From contig OZ249441.1 in NCBI GenBank assembly GCA_965235115.1, positions 6,386,001 through 6,450,000 on the forward strand: a DNA stretch of 64,000 nucleotides, read 5' to 3'. The position numbers and the translations under genes were made by a program. The DNA is from Laetmonice hystrix. Taxonomy: Eukaryota. The first letter of the stretch is position 1. Each line of letters starts with the position of its first letter. A model generated the notes under the pieces. That model worked only from the letters and a program-made list of their open reading frames with translations. It made no database searches and had not been told where the DNA came from. Of this stretch, positions 1-13,115 are shown piece by piece.

Positions 1-470
1 ATACCACTGAGGGTGATCTCAATGACTTTGTGTGAGATCAGAATCCTTGAAGTATCAAAGTGTGCTGAGACTGAACTGTATTCTCCGTGTACACACACTG
101 AAAGCTCAGGAAACTATACCACTGAGGGTGATCTCAATGACTTTGTGTGAGATCAGAATCCTTGAAGTATCAAAGTGTGCTGGGACTGAACTGTATTCTC
201 CGTGTACACACACTGAAAGCTCAGGAAACTATACCACTGAGGGTGATCTCAATGACTTTGTGTGAGATCAGAATCCTTGAAGTATCAAAGTGTGGTGAGA
301 CTGAACTGTATTCTCCGTATACACCCACTGAAAGCTCAGGAAACTATACCACTGAGGGTGATCTCAATGACTTTGTGTGAGATCAGAATCCTTGAAGTCT
401 CAATGACTTTGTGTGAGATCAGAATCCTTGAAGTATCAAAGTGTGCTGAGACTGAACTGTATTCTCCTGT
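1..470 (-). repeat. 115-bp tandem repeat, at least 4 copies, truncated by the window start
   Basis: ATACCACTGAGGG recurs at 1, 116, 231 and 346. Confidence 0.97.
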
Positions 471-481
471 GGTGAGACTGC
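350..481 (-). CDS. Putative internal exon (GSLTTGEYSSVSAHFDTSRILISHKVIE-TSRILISHKVIE-ITLS) of an unidentified gene
   Basis: Acceptor TTTTACTGTCCTATTACAG|, donor G|GTATAG, 132 nt with one open frame (phase 1-1), including a 36-nt in-frame internal duplication. Confidence 0.4.
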
Positions 482-1636
482 CTGTAATAGGACAGTAAAA
501 TGTCAGTGTGTGCCCACAGTAAATGTCAGACCAGTGTGAGCTGTCAGGGTGGTCAGCGATGACGAGTTGAGTGCTGACATATACCGATATATACCGACTC
601 TAACGGCGCCGACTGAGGCCTAGTCCCGGCTCTGTGTCCCACCGCTGACCGTGACAGCTGACAGTGGTGGCCATTCACATGGTACAGTGACGGTGGCGGG
701 GACCCCCGGAGTGGAGTGTGGGGGGAGGCTGTCCACCATGACCATTGTTACCCGTCCCGGCACCGTGTTTTCTAACGGTCACTCCGTCGTTTTGTGACGG
801 TCACTCCGTCAGTCCGCCGACCGGGCCGGATCAACGCTCCGCCGACACACAATAGTACCAGGATCAGCCGAGTGTGGCGCTGGGTGCTCAATTATAGCAC
901 GCAGTCTTCACCACCGACAATAAACTCCACCTATTCATTCATTGCCTACCTGACTGCCGTGATGAGCTGTCAAAACCCACCATGCTGTGGTCGTGCAGTG
1001 GACACGGAACCTTTACCAACTTCAAAAGCCTTCAACCAGAGAGGTTTCCTCTGTCTCTGCCCCAACGCCTCCCCTAACAGCACTCCTCAATTAGCCTCTG
1101 AGTCATGACCATTATTATTTTCAACTCAAATAACTTTAAACTCTGCACACCCATCGGGGTAGAGTGTTCCAGTGGTGCTACATTAACTAGCAATCACTAA
1201 AATGATGATATTTTTGCGAACATGTCTCACAGTAAAAGACGTTAGTGATCACCACCCAAACATCCCCCAAGGGCTGGGTAATTAAAGTTGGGTTAACATG
1301 ACATCACCAAGAAGGCATGCAGACCTTTGAATCCTTTCCAAGGTATCCCAACTTTTCCCGATACCGTTCATTGTTCCGTGCTTAGATGCAATTCCCCTCA
1401 GATTGCTGTCCAAATGACAACGCGGCCATTTTAAATTCCAATTAAATAAAACATGTGTAACAATTTCATATAATGACCACGGCCATGCTATAGGGATGTA
1501 AAGTTTGATACTGTATGTCATGGCATTTCATATAAACAGAGCGCCTGGAGCGTGTTTGTGTATATTGCAGCATAATGAGAAAGTCACAACTCTAAATTAC
1601 ACCAACTGTTCTCAATGAGGACACCGTATGAACCTG

Positions 1637-1720
1637 GGCCCAGTTTCTGATTGGCTGATCGAAGGAAGCGTTAAGTTTATGCTTAAGCAAGATCCTAAGT
1701 TTTTTTTTACAAACTGGACC
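1637..1720. mobile_element. PIF/Harbinger-like MITE, 84 bp
   Basis: TIR GGCCCAGTTT / AAACTGGACC; CTG duplicated on both sides. Confidence 0.65.
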
Positions 1721-4700
1721 CTGAACTTGTTCATCAGTTATTACGGTACACTCAATCCACGTGTGTGAGTACGGAAGGGGAGGAGTTATCAGGAGTTACA
1801 AGTCACCATAAACAAATATTTAACGAGTGATAAAACTTAATGTTTCCTATATGATTACAGAATGGTTCATACGATCTCAGCGACCAGACTCTCCGAACTA
1901 CGAACAGCACTCCGATCTGTACGTACAGAGAGTTATTATCCTAGGATTTACTCAGCAGTTAATCCCAGCCTTAGGGGCAGGTCTCTCCATGTAGTCGGGA
2001 TATCCCTTGAAACCCCACCTCCATAAACCTGCGTAAAGCCTTTAATCAATGTTAATCTCAGTGATCGAAATCTACCAAATCATTCTCCGATAGATATTCC
2101 ATCAATGTATAGAAACATGTCGTTGCGGTAAAATCCCGTCTTAATTCCCGTCAAGGCAAGTATTTCCAGCCGCATTGATTGTGTTGGTGGAGGTCGAACT
2201 AACCGAGTGAACGGAGTCAGCACAAGTCAGTCACGACGGACTCCCGCAGACAATAACACACGCCCCCTGGCGTGAGCTAGGGTCGAAACGCCACCTTGTC
2301 CTGCTATTTCCGGGGGAGGGGAGAGTCAAGTCTCTCCCAGCGTGGAACAGGATCATGATTGAATGGTGCAGGACTATGACGAATGGTATAACTTTCTTAT
2401 ATTTCTTTCTTTACTCCTTTCAACTCCTGATAATGTCCTGTCGTCTGACCTTTGATGTAAGCCTATATTCTAGATATAACTTCAGGACGTGTCAAGGTCA
2501 CTGGATAGATAATAATAATTTTACAAATCCACGATTTCTGCCAGCCTTTAGTCAGACATACCAATGAATGGCCACACAGAACACACCAATGACCCTCCCG
2601 TGACAGTACATGCAAGAAACCAGAACGACTTTAACACCAGACACAAAAAGGCTGTAAGTATGCATAGCCCACTGTTTGTTGAGAATGTGCTGGTTAAAAG
2701 CGATCGCTGGCCTGCAGGATATGACAAGGTCTCATTGATGAAATAACTCAGACTTCAAAGGAGTCACAACTTCTAGCTGTCTTACTCAATGACTTCATCC
2801 TAATCCTTGTAAAAAAACATCTGTTCTGTGTCATACCAAGATATCCAATCATATAAGAGAATATTCGGATGTAGAGGAAGATATATGAGTAGGTTACAAA
2901 GGAGTTGATTAAAAGTAAATATATCAGTTAATAAGGGGATCTCTTATCTTACAGGATGAACTAATTATCTTTCCTTACAGTAATTTCATATCTCTATACT
3001 ACATGCCAGAGGAGGACAAGGAATGCCAACTGATAAATACACCCCTCCACCAAACAATAAACACTGAGAGTTGGTATTCAGTGGTCATGGATTCCGCCAC
3101 CAGGTGGCCTCCAGGTCAGTGTATTACTCACACACAATCTCCACTAACCGTGGTGAAGGTTTCTCTTGGTCAAGCCATTATCTGCTACAGGCGCAGAGAT
3201 CTTCACCAAGGTCAGCCTTGTGAAAGCAACAGAGCTGGCAAAAACAACCTCTCTAGTTTCACAAACAAAAGCGAAAGTCAGGCTTATTAGGCTGCCCTTT
3301 ATCGTATGGGTGACGAGTAAATAGTCTTCACTTTCGGAGGACATAACGTGTACATTTGACCTTAGATTTAACAATGGGAAAGTGATTTTTCTTGCTAATA
3401 GAAGAACCCCCCTCAGGCTTCATCTCATCATAATGTTCTTGACAACTGTTTCCTAGGACCCTGTGATCAAGGACAAGGGGCAGAGAGTAACCAGGCCAGT
3501 GTCACAGATCGAACTGACCTCAGGAGAACGACCTCTCTGACCACCTCTCGTTACCATGGTCCCCCAGCGGCCGCCCGGTGTCCGCAGTGGACTGCTCACC
3601 CAAACATTCTACCGCCTTCTCCACGACCTTACATCCTAAGGACGGCAAGCATTCACTGGCCCTGCTGCCTCTAAGGTGCTACTCTCCACTGGGCGCATAG
3701 CTGGAATGACTTCGGCTGAGGACAAGGACATGAAGCCATAATGTAACATAGAAATACATGAATAATTCCGGGCCTATCCCCTTTCGACCCTCCTGGAAAA
3801 GGTTCGGTTTACACGGAAGACCCATGGAATTCCTAAACTGGACGGTTGATAAAATAACAGAGTTATAGACCGGAACGTCTTTCTTTCCCGATACACCTTA
3901 GAAGAGATTACAACTACGAAGTATCCAGATATATTTCGTTTCAATGTTGTGGTCTACGTTCTACTTCCCTGAGAATGTGCAGAAAATACACTTTTAATTT
4001 GGCGAAAAATCATACGTGATTCCAAGTATGTCGTACTGGATGTACAACTTGTCAACACTGAAGTTTCCGGAGACTCCCCTAGATTTTTCAGACTTTTCTC
4101 ACAAAAATAAATACCTTTAGTTTAATAGGCGGTCATAAATAAGAAAACCTTCTGGACCTCATGAAATATGAAAGAAAACTATACGCCTTTGTTTCACTTT
4201 ATGGAAGCGTCTGAGTCGATAAAGTGGTGGCATTATAGTTCTCCATACTCAAGGTGTCAGAAAAGGACAGACATCAAAGGTTACGTTACCATAGAAACAA
4301 TCTTTTATTATATGCCGATAGGGAGAATGCTTGAAGACATTTCAGATTAACTGCTTCATTACCCGACCGGAGGGGACAAATCAACGTCCAAGGTCATAGG
4401 TGAACGTAAACTATGGTTGTAGTTCTTGTCACCATCCCATGATGGCAAACCTTTTATCTTATACCTCCTGAGGCATGGGCACGTCTTCATCGATATGCTG
4501 GGAACGCGAGGTCTGGGTACCGCCAGTCTAAGTTCTCCTTCATTCACACCATGTTTCGGACAATATAAAGATAGGTATGCTGAAGTCGGCTGGAAAAGAG
4601 CTATAGAGGGAGTCTGTGGGGGAGGGGGGGGCACCGTTACGGCTGCAACAATTAGTGTGCAATAATAGTGTAAAGAACAACCCATTTGACCGTGAGAACC

Positions 4701-4789
4701 TTCTCGGAACAATACCTGATTGTAGTTGCCTAAGTATGGAGGGTTGGTGGGGGGCTCGGATGGTTTAAGGTGTTTGCTCATGACACCTA

Positions 4790-4905
4790 GGACCATTGCC
4801 TCACACCACTGCGGTCCAGAGTTCGATCCCCGGCCAGGGTTGCATGTGTGAAAGGTTTTTCAGTCAGTTGCTTCCCGAAGGCAAGGCGTAAAACCCCAAA
4901 TCTGG
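4790..4905 (+). mobile_element. tRNA-derived SINE fragment
   Basis: B-box GTTCGATCCC followed by CATGTGTGAAAGGTTTTTCAGTCA core-like and GGCGTAAAACCCC tail-like segments typical of mollusc-type SINEs (from recall, not aligned). Confidence 0.5.
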
Positions 4906-5654
4906 CGAAGATATTATGCACTGGTATATCCCACAAACGGTTTATGTGTGAAAGGTTTTGCCTCTTTTTCCTAAGGAATTGGAGCTGGCTAGAAGATGGC
5001 ATAGCAGAATATAGAGTAGAGATCAGAGACGATCTTCAAGCATAGATTGTGGCATTCAGAATGTTAAACCTAACTGCTATTAATCTTAAACAAAATGGGT
5101 AACAAAAATCATTATTCTCTTGGACAAGAATGATTTCACGGGGAAAGATGACAAACCAAGAGGAGTTTAGCACTGTTCGGCAACATTGTCTTCTTTCCTT
5201 TCCATGGTGTCATCTGACTAAAATATACAAATACACAACTGCGATACATAGAGATCTAATCTTTCGCGAACCAACCTGTTTTGAATGTCACGTATCTTAC
5301 GTCTACGAGAAGGACTTGGAGAAGGAACAGGTGGGGCGGATGGACAGGATCAAAGTGTACCTGCGTGATGCCATTGTTATACCTTGACCCGTATACCAGG
5401 TGACCTGAGGCCCGGCTATCTGTGATTTAATTAGCTCATCACTGATCCTAACCGACTATGTATCTACCTCAGCCGGAGTGGGCAGTACGGTTTGGCCGGG
5501 CCTAGAGGCCATGGTCTCCAATCGACATCCAGCCTGACTGACTGGACACTGGCACGTCCGACTGGCCACAGATGGGTCGTCTCCATGCTAACACCTCCGT
5601 GAAATTTGGTGACAAGAACTAAAGATCTATCACATCACTATTCTTAGCAACAAA

Positions 5655-6050
5655 CCTGACCCTAACCACAAGTGTCAGTCCCAAAATCTCCCACAAAATG
5701 AATCCCTACCCCACACCTTGCCCCTAACCTTAACCACAAGTCCTGGTCTCAGACCTCCCACAAAATAAATCCCTACCCCAGACCTTGCCCCTAACCTTAA
5801 CCACAAGTCTCAGTCCCAAGACCTCCCACAAAATAAATCCCTACCCCAGACCTTGCCCCTAACCTTAACCACAAGTCCCGGTCTCAGACCTCCCACAAAA
5901 TAAATCCCTACCCCCCCCCCCCCGGCCCTGCCCCTAACCTTAACCACAAGTCTCAGTCCCAAGACCTCCCACAAAATATATCCATACCCCACACCCTGCC
6001 CCTAACCCTAACCACAAGTCCCGGTCTCAGACCTCCCACAAAATAAATCC
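5655..6050. repeat. About 68-bp minisatellite with telomere-like CCCTAACC, about 6 copies
   Basis: Recurrent AACCACAAG..GACCTCCCACAAAATAAATCCCTACCCC..GCCCCTAACC. Confidence 0.9.
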
Positions 6051-6420
6051 TCTCAGCATCCTATAGTTGTATCTGGCGGGTGGAATACGCTGTTCTACAC
6101 TCGCTCCGCTGCAGTCACGCCCTCTGAACACAATTATACGAACTAATCGCAACCCCATGTACGCTCACAGACCACGCACAACTCTGGGAAGGTAATATTC
6201 TTTCCCTGAACAATTAGTCACTACAGGTATAACGAATTAGGTAAAGCTCCCAGTCCTACATTCAATTTCTAAGCCATCGGACACCTATAACAGGACGAAA
6301 ACTGAATCCAGCTGATTGTAAACGGTTATTTTGGTGACCAGTCGCAGTATATGGGCACCGTAAAGACGAGAACCCGTACTAAAGTCCTTCTAACTCTCGT
6401 GACCAAAGTCCCACACTTAC

Positions 6421-6474
6421 CGTGCCAGGCGTACCACTCTCTTCCATCAGTAGGGGCAGTATAACCAGTAGTTC
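6421..6474 (-). CDS. Putative 54-nt internal exon, frame unresolved
   Basis: CTAAC upstream, GTTTCAG| acceptor and ACG|GTAAGT donor; two open frames (GTTGYTAPTDGREWYAWH or ELLVILPLLMEESGTPGT). Confidence 0.4.
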
Positions 6475-9400
6475 CTGAAACCTCTCCAGACGTTAGCCAA
6501 CTGTTGGCTGTCTCTATAATCACTTATCCTCTCCAAGGATCTGACAGCCCGACTAGTTCCAACAGTATCGCTGCTGGTCAGTCAGTGCGGGCTCTGCCCT
6601 CACTGACTGACCAGTATCAGATAAAAACGTTACAACTGTCAATACACGGAGGTCATTTAACAAAATCTCAAGGTTATCTTATAACCACAGTCTAATTCTG
6701 GGTTGTGAGAGGACTATATACCCATCTGTAGACTCTATAGGAGCACGCACCCAGACCAGCATACACAAGTAATAGATCTCAGCCAGTTCTTGAGATCCAA
6801 AACAATCATTTATTATATCTATCTATCCTTTTACCCTGTCTCAGTATGCGCTTGAAAATTAAAAATGTTTTGTTTCTTTCGAAATGGCAGGACATTTTCC
6901 TGGCATTTGAAGTGGGTACAATTTGGGGCATGAAGAGTGAGAAACTACAACAATGGGTGCAGCCAGAAAATCTACAGAAGGTTAGGATTTCTCTACGTTT
7001 GTAACCGTTAGAAAGCAGCAAAAACACTGACTGACAGAGCCGAGCTGGGATTAACAGAAAGCACGGGCCAGGTGTCACTTCAAAACACATAACGGATGGA
7101 GGCATTTTCTATTGTCACCTACCACTCCTTGATCACAATACAGAAATTTGTTTGATCACCAAAAAATGTCCACCTGGGTCCGCCACTGGCAGGCTGGAGT
7201 TGTGGGGTGGCCAAAGCTAACAAACCCGGACAAACAGGGCCACATTCTGACCAGTGCTCAGGACTTTAGACATCAGTGGTCTGTTGGGTGCAGAAAGGAT
7301 AACCATTCCATCTCTGGTGGCTTGAATGAAGTACTAGTACATGTATAGCAGAATGGTCAAACCACTGGTCAGCGCTAGTACTACCTCCACTGACTGCCTG
7401 AACTGGTGCTGGGTGAGGCCGACCGATGGGGCTTGGACAGGACAACACGGGGCAAAGGTTTTGGGTAAGTCGTGCCTCTTCTATTCATTATTGGATAAGA
7501 TTTTCTCTTAGAAAGGTGGATACCCCATAGGGACATCTCTCCGAAAGTTTGGTGGTAAAGACATTAACACTATTCCTAGACACAAATCTAACCCTAACCC
7601 ATAACCTCGGTCCTCAGAACTTCCGAAGAAACTTTTCCCTGATTCTCATCCTGCCTTTATCCCCTAGGCCCTACCACTAATTAATTCACTGTGAATTTTA
7701 CCATTTGGCGATAACCTTAATTTATATAGGAGAGTATAAACCAGGTCCGCCTGCATAACGTCACCCTCCAGGTTTGCCGTGTCTCCCAGCCCGGGTCAAA
7801 CGTCCACGGTCCCAGTCAGGCACAGCTACGCCACCTGGTGATTCAGTTCTCGTCCCTAGTGAATGCATTTGCCACCAGGGGTCCTATAGGCCTATGCACA
7901 CACTGCCATCAGCCGGAGCTTTGAGTTAACCGGCGTCGTTCTGAAAATACCTTTATTTAATATGGCTGAGGGATAAACTTTAGGGTCGATTTTCTCAATT
8001 TCCCAATTTTGCAGATAGGAGGGCCTACTGCAGTCTCTCTTGGGACGGCAGCATAGGGCTAATTATTGATAACTCACTTGATCTAGCCTAAACTAAATTC
8101 ACGTTGGCACCCCCAGAGTAAACAAAGAAAATAGACCTTCCTTCTCCTTGCCAGAGCTTTATAGGTGTGTTTATAACAATAAAATGTTATTATATCAGAA
8201 GTTGGGGGTCTGTTTGTGAAGCAGTTATCTCTCTTTAATCTAACATATCGGTAATCCTTCAGAGAGCTGACGGCGGTCTCTCAGTCATCATAAAATATCA
8301 TGTCACACCTCATGTGACTAGCCTGACATTAGTTTTTATGGAGGTCAGGGACATGGTTGTCAAACGTAACATGTGTCTTCACCACCGAGCACCGGGCAGC
8401 AGCCGCCGATGGGTACGGTCACCTTCTAACACACATCTGCTAAATCCGTCATAACATCACTAGTTGTCCACGTAAATTAAACCCGGCTCATCGCCGCTCC
8501 ACAGCGACACCTGGTGGACGATTAGCGGGAGTCTCCTGTCAGCCGACAGAGGGCGTCGTGGTAGAGGACGCCCGTACAGCTGACTGGAAACCGTGTTCTG
8601 AACACTCCTGAATGAACTGTGTGCCCAGTTCGTCGATAGAGGGCGCCAGGAGGGCTGACCAACGTCGGGCCTCTGAAATCCCTATACTACAACACGTTAT
8701 TTCTATCAGACAGGACAACGCACCATATCAAAGAATCGTAAACTGTGTTTCAGGTGAACATAAGACTTTACAAGTCCTAAATAAAGTTTGCTGTGGAATG
8801 AACGCGGAATTATAAAACGTTAACACCAGCCTCTGAGAACCTTTTAGTGTGTCATTGACTGCCGCTTTATTGCCTCCCGAGTGAAAGCTCCTGGTCATAA
8901 ACATGTTCAACTTCAAGTTGTCAGGAAAGACAAGCGAGACAGGCGAGAAGATGAATTTGAAACAAATGAAGGCACATACATGTACATATTCCAAATTATC
9001 ATCATTTCATCAAATATAATACGTCAAAATTGGATTTTGTTACAGTGGCTCTGTCATATATGTGCAAATCTCAGTGCGCTCACAGACTCATGCAAGTCTA
9101 ACCCTAAACATGTGCCTTCAATAGTTTACGTTACGTTAATGGGCTATCCTTTGGAATTTCCAACGAAGGACTTTGATTGATGCGGGCCATAGAAACATCA
9201 CTGAACACAAGATGCCGACAAAAGTAAGAACCCTGAACCAATATCTCAACTTCAGAAACAGTTCTGAATATTTATTTCAACTTCAGAAACAGTACTGAAC
9301 ACATCTACACCACAGAAACAACACTCAACACGTCATGTTTAGCACAGAAACAATGCTGAGCCCATCTCCACCACAGTAACAGCAGTAGGTCTATCTTCAG

Positions 9401-10614
9401 TCCCATCCGTGGATCAATGGACCATAAATACCACCACAACTGAAGAATTTTACGATCACAGTCAGCAGTTCAAGTGACTTCCAGGGACCGGGGCACTCAA
9501 TAACCTAACGGCCTCTGTCAATACTCTGGCAGCCAGGCTACCGTATTTATACACCTCTTCCCATACCTATGCCATACCCTTGTCACAGTGACTCAGGATT
9601 TTACGGCTGGTAGGGCCTAGTGGTAATACCGGGGGGTACCTAACTGTATTTTCCCATGATCCAATTCCCTTGCAATGTCTCAGCGTACAAACTGTACCAA
9701 GGCAGCTTTTTAACAAAAATAAACCACCCAAAAAACAAAAATGATAAGAAATCGCGACTTCAACTTTCAATGCTTCATGTTGTGAGACCTCGAGCTGATG
9801 ACTTGCTCATGTCCCATATTGTAGTAACCGGCAACCGTGGGGGTGTCCCATTCCTTTAACTATCGACTTGGTGGGATGTCACATCCCCTAACCAGCACCT
9901 GGGTGGGATGTCCTATCTCCTAACCAAATGGGACCGATAACTGCGACAGTCTTAAAGGAAAATTAACAAATATCTTACTAAAAGTAAACAGGACCATACT
10001 GGACCACGGGCACACCCTCCCTATAATCACAGGGGGAGGGGTAAGGGTAGGGCATGGGTTGGGGTATAGTAGGGTTGATTTAAAGCAGACCTTGAAGCTG
10101 TACGGAAGGGTTTCTAGGTGGGGTGGCTTGTTGCGTGGGATCCGTTCACGAGCGGAGCACAAAGATGCTCTGGGCCCCATTATTTTTTACTTCACATCCA
10201 CAATAGGCCGATTCTTTCCCACACCAGGCGCTACCCTAACATGAGGTTTTGATTTAGTGAGGAACTTTTAGTTACTGATACAATGGTTACACCTTAGCGA
10301 ACTCCATACCAGTCCACTGGTACTGATTAGGGGTTTACAACATCCTGGATCAATATGGTCCCTAACAATACTTCAGCAGACATTCTCGCTGTCCCACGTG
10401 TCACATCTAAACCGATTTTCATTGAACACGTGGAGTAAAGTTAAGGAGATACTTCCTCTTTTGTGACGTGGTAAGGTGCACACTCCTTCCCATGAGCCTC
10501 TTCGGACCGAGAGGATCATGGGAAGGAGTTTGGGTAAGGTGAAGGGTTCCGACACTCCATGAGTGATCGAAGCTCGCTATTCTAGCTGATTCTAGGCCTG
10601 CCGGGGTGCGCCTG

Positions 10615-10860
10615 CTGACCGGCTGACCAAGCTTTCAGTGGACCGACTGGCCCAGCTGCCTCCAGTAGACCGCTGTGGACAAGTTGACCATCCCTCCAGT
10701 GGACCGACTGACCCGTCCCTCCAGTGGACCGCTGTGGACCAGTAGATCCAGAATTCTAATGAACCAACTGATCCAGGCCTTTAGTGAACCAACTGACCCA
10801 GGCTTCCAGTGGACCATTGTGGACCGGCTGACCCAGGCCTCGACTGGGCCGACCAGCCAT
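10615..10860. repeat. Degenerate tandem repeat of (CA)GTGGACCG..TGACCC
   Basis: Repeated GTGGACC motifs with variable spacing. Confidence 0.7.
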
Positions 10861-12144
10861 GTTTCCCCGTGGCCGGTCAAGCTGAAACCTCCAGTACCTC
10901 GGCCCCATCTGCTGTGACAGCACCTCTCCTGGCATCGCCCTTGGTTAGGTCCTCCTGCCGGTAACAAGGAGAACACTCTGCCCAGAGGACACGTCCTCCC
11001 CAGACACACAGCTCCTCCTCCTCTCAACCGTACATTGAGGGGCCATGTTTTATCCTATAACTCCTGACAGGCTCACATTGTTTGTGTTTTTACTCATGAA
11101 AAAACAGCTTGTTGTTGGTGTGAGCACCATGCGTGGGTTAATGTGATCTCCTGGACGGGCCGAGGGCTTTAAGTGCAAGATGTTGTCCGCCCACTGGTCT
11201 GTCTGAGGACGGCAGGGGTAGCTTCGGCTGAGGCGGAATGTCTACTGTTGGTTGATGAAGGGACAGGTGGGTGTATAGGACAGGTAGGTACAGGGGACAG
11301 TGTACATGTAGTTGCAGGTGGGTGTAGGACAGAGTGTTTCCTAAGACAGATATATCAGTGGACATGTGGTTGTATCCGGCAGGTATACTTTATGCCTGTA
11401 TACATGTAGTTTAGTAGTTATGTGTAGGCCTATGTCATACAACAGATTATGTGACTATGTGTTGGTTGCCTTTAAGAAAACCAAGCCCCATGATTTATGC
11501 TTCCAAACACGGCCATGAGTGAGACCATAGGACCGAGAGTAGTGACTTCCCGGGTGGCTAACCATCTGCTCCTTGTCAGGAAATCAACAACAGATGTAAG
11601 TTTTCAACTGTCCTCCACCAACTCCCAGTGCTGACATCTGACTGCCTGATAAACAATTCAATCAGGTCTCTCGACATATGGCCGCCGAACTCCAACACCC
11701 TTTCCTATTTGTTTAGATTAACACGATTGTGTAAATGTTATTTTACGGAAATTGCATTTTCATTAGTTTTACAGCGATTGTTATGTTTTCGCACTTAGTC
11801 TCTTTCGTAAGAAAACACAAGATCCTGAATGAAAACACTCTGTGGGCCTTATCACCTTGAGCTGAAGGTGCGCAACATTCAGTTCACACGTAGGTTTAGG
11901 TCCTACACGATGAAGGGGCTTGATTAGATATTTCCCCTGGTGTCAGCTTGACACACCAGACAGTTTATAGACGGCTCCTCTCGCTCTGAGTCAATCCGCC
12001 TTGTTTGTGCTGACTTATTACTAGTATTAACAGACAAGTAAAGGGCCATCTGACAATTTCAACAGGTTCTTCTATCCTCAACTTTACCTTTGGTACTATT
12101 TCTATCGCTTTAATTTCTCGTTTAAAAGACAAGAAAGATATTCT

Positions 12145-12264
12145 CAGGCGCCTGTCCGGGGGGAGGGCGTTCGGGGGTCGAACCCCCTTGCAGTTGCCCC
12201 TGTGGGGCTTTGACCGCCACATCGTCGACCCCACCCCCTGCGACAAATCCTGCATACGCGCCTG
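12145..12264. mobile_element. 120-bp non-autonomous DNA element with CAGGCGC..GCGCCTG ends
   Basis: Short TIRs, G/C-tract subtermini, ATTCT on both flanks. Confidence 0.6.
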
Positions 12265-12795
12265 ATTCTAGCGGGTAGAGACAGGAAAGACCGCGCATAG
12301 TCGGCAGTGAACTCACACAACATAAAACACACATAAAACTTACTAACATCTGATACCAATTTCATTGCTACCTTAAGGTCACAAGTAAAAAATACAAAGT
12401 TGATTATACAAACAGAAGAAATCGTTCAAGTGGTTGTCTGACAGGTTCGTACGCATCTATACGAACTGCATGTCAGCGATAAACCGCACATCTGACGGAC
12501 ATGTAGAATCTTGCCCACTCGGCGGGGGCCCTGGATTGTTAGGACTCAGGACCTCAGACATCCTGATTGCAATGATTCATTGCTTTTCATATTCCTTTAC
12601 TGGTGTTATGTTTTTATTTCCTCTGTTGATATCGATATCAATGACTTAAAACAAAACTTGACACACACACTGTCAGAATCCAGTAATTCTACATTCTGGG
12701 GACCTCTACGTCCTTAACAACCGGACATTTTTTTCTACGGTCTCTCGTATTCCGGTATCTCGATACCGAGCAATCACTTGAGACTGTTGGCTTAC

Positions 12796-12848
12796 CAAAG
12801 TTGGAGAGCACAAAGTAGGGCTGGGATGTTTGATAATCCAACAACGAA
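12796..12848 (-). CDS. Putative 53-nt internal exon, frame unresolved
   Basis: GTGTTTTACAG| acceptor and TTG|GTAAGC donor; all frames open (e.g. SLLDYQTSQPYFVLSNF). Confidence 0.45.
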
Positions 12849-12975
12849 CTGTAAAACACCGTAACGGTAAACTTGTTCAAACGGTACTGTCCTTACTGAT
12901 CCAAGCTATTGTGTAGCATAAACACAGTGGTTTTTGTCCAAAAAAACTACTCCAGTTTCTATCTGTCTCTTTCCC

Positions 12976-13115
12976 TGTCTCTGATCCTCTTTCTCCGTTC
13001 CCTGGCTTTCTCTGTCTCTGATCCTCTTTCTCCGTTCCCTGGCTTTCTCTGTCTCTGATCCTCTTTCTCCGTTCCTTGGCTTTCTCTGTCTCTGATCCTC
13101 TTTCTCCATCCCCCT
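12976..13115. repeat. 37-bp pyrimidine-rich minisatellite, about 3.5 copies
   Basis: CTGTCTCTGATCCTCTTTCTCCGTTCCCTGGCTTTCT repeated. Confidence 0.92.
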
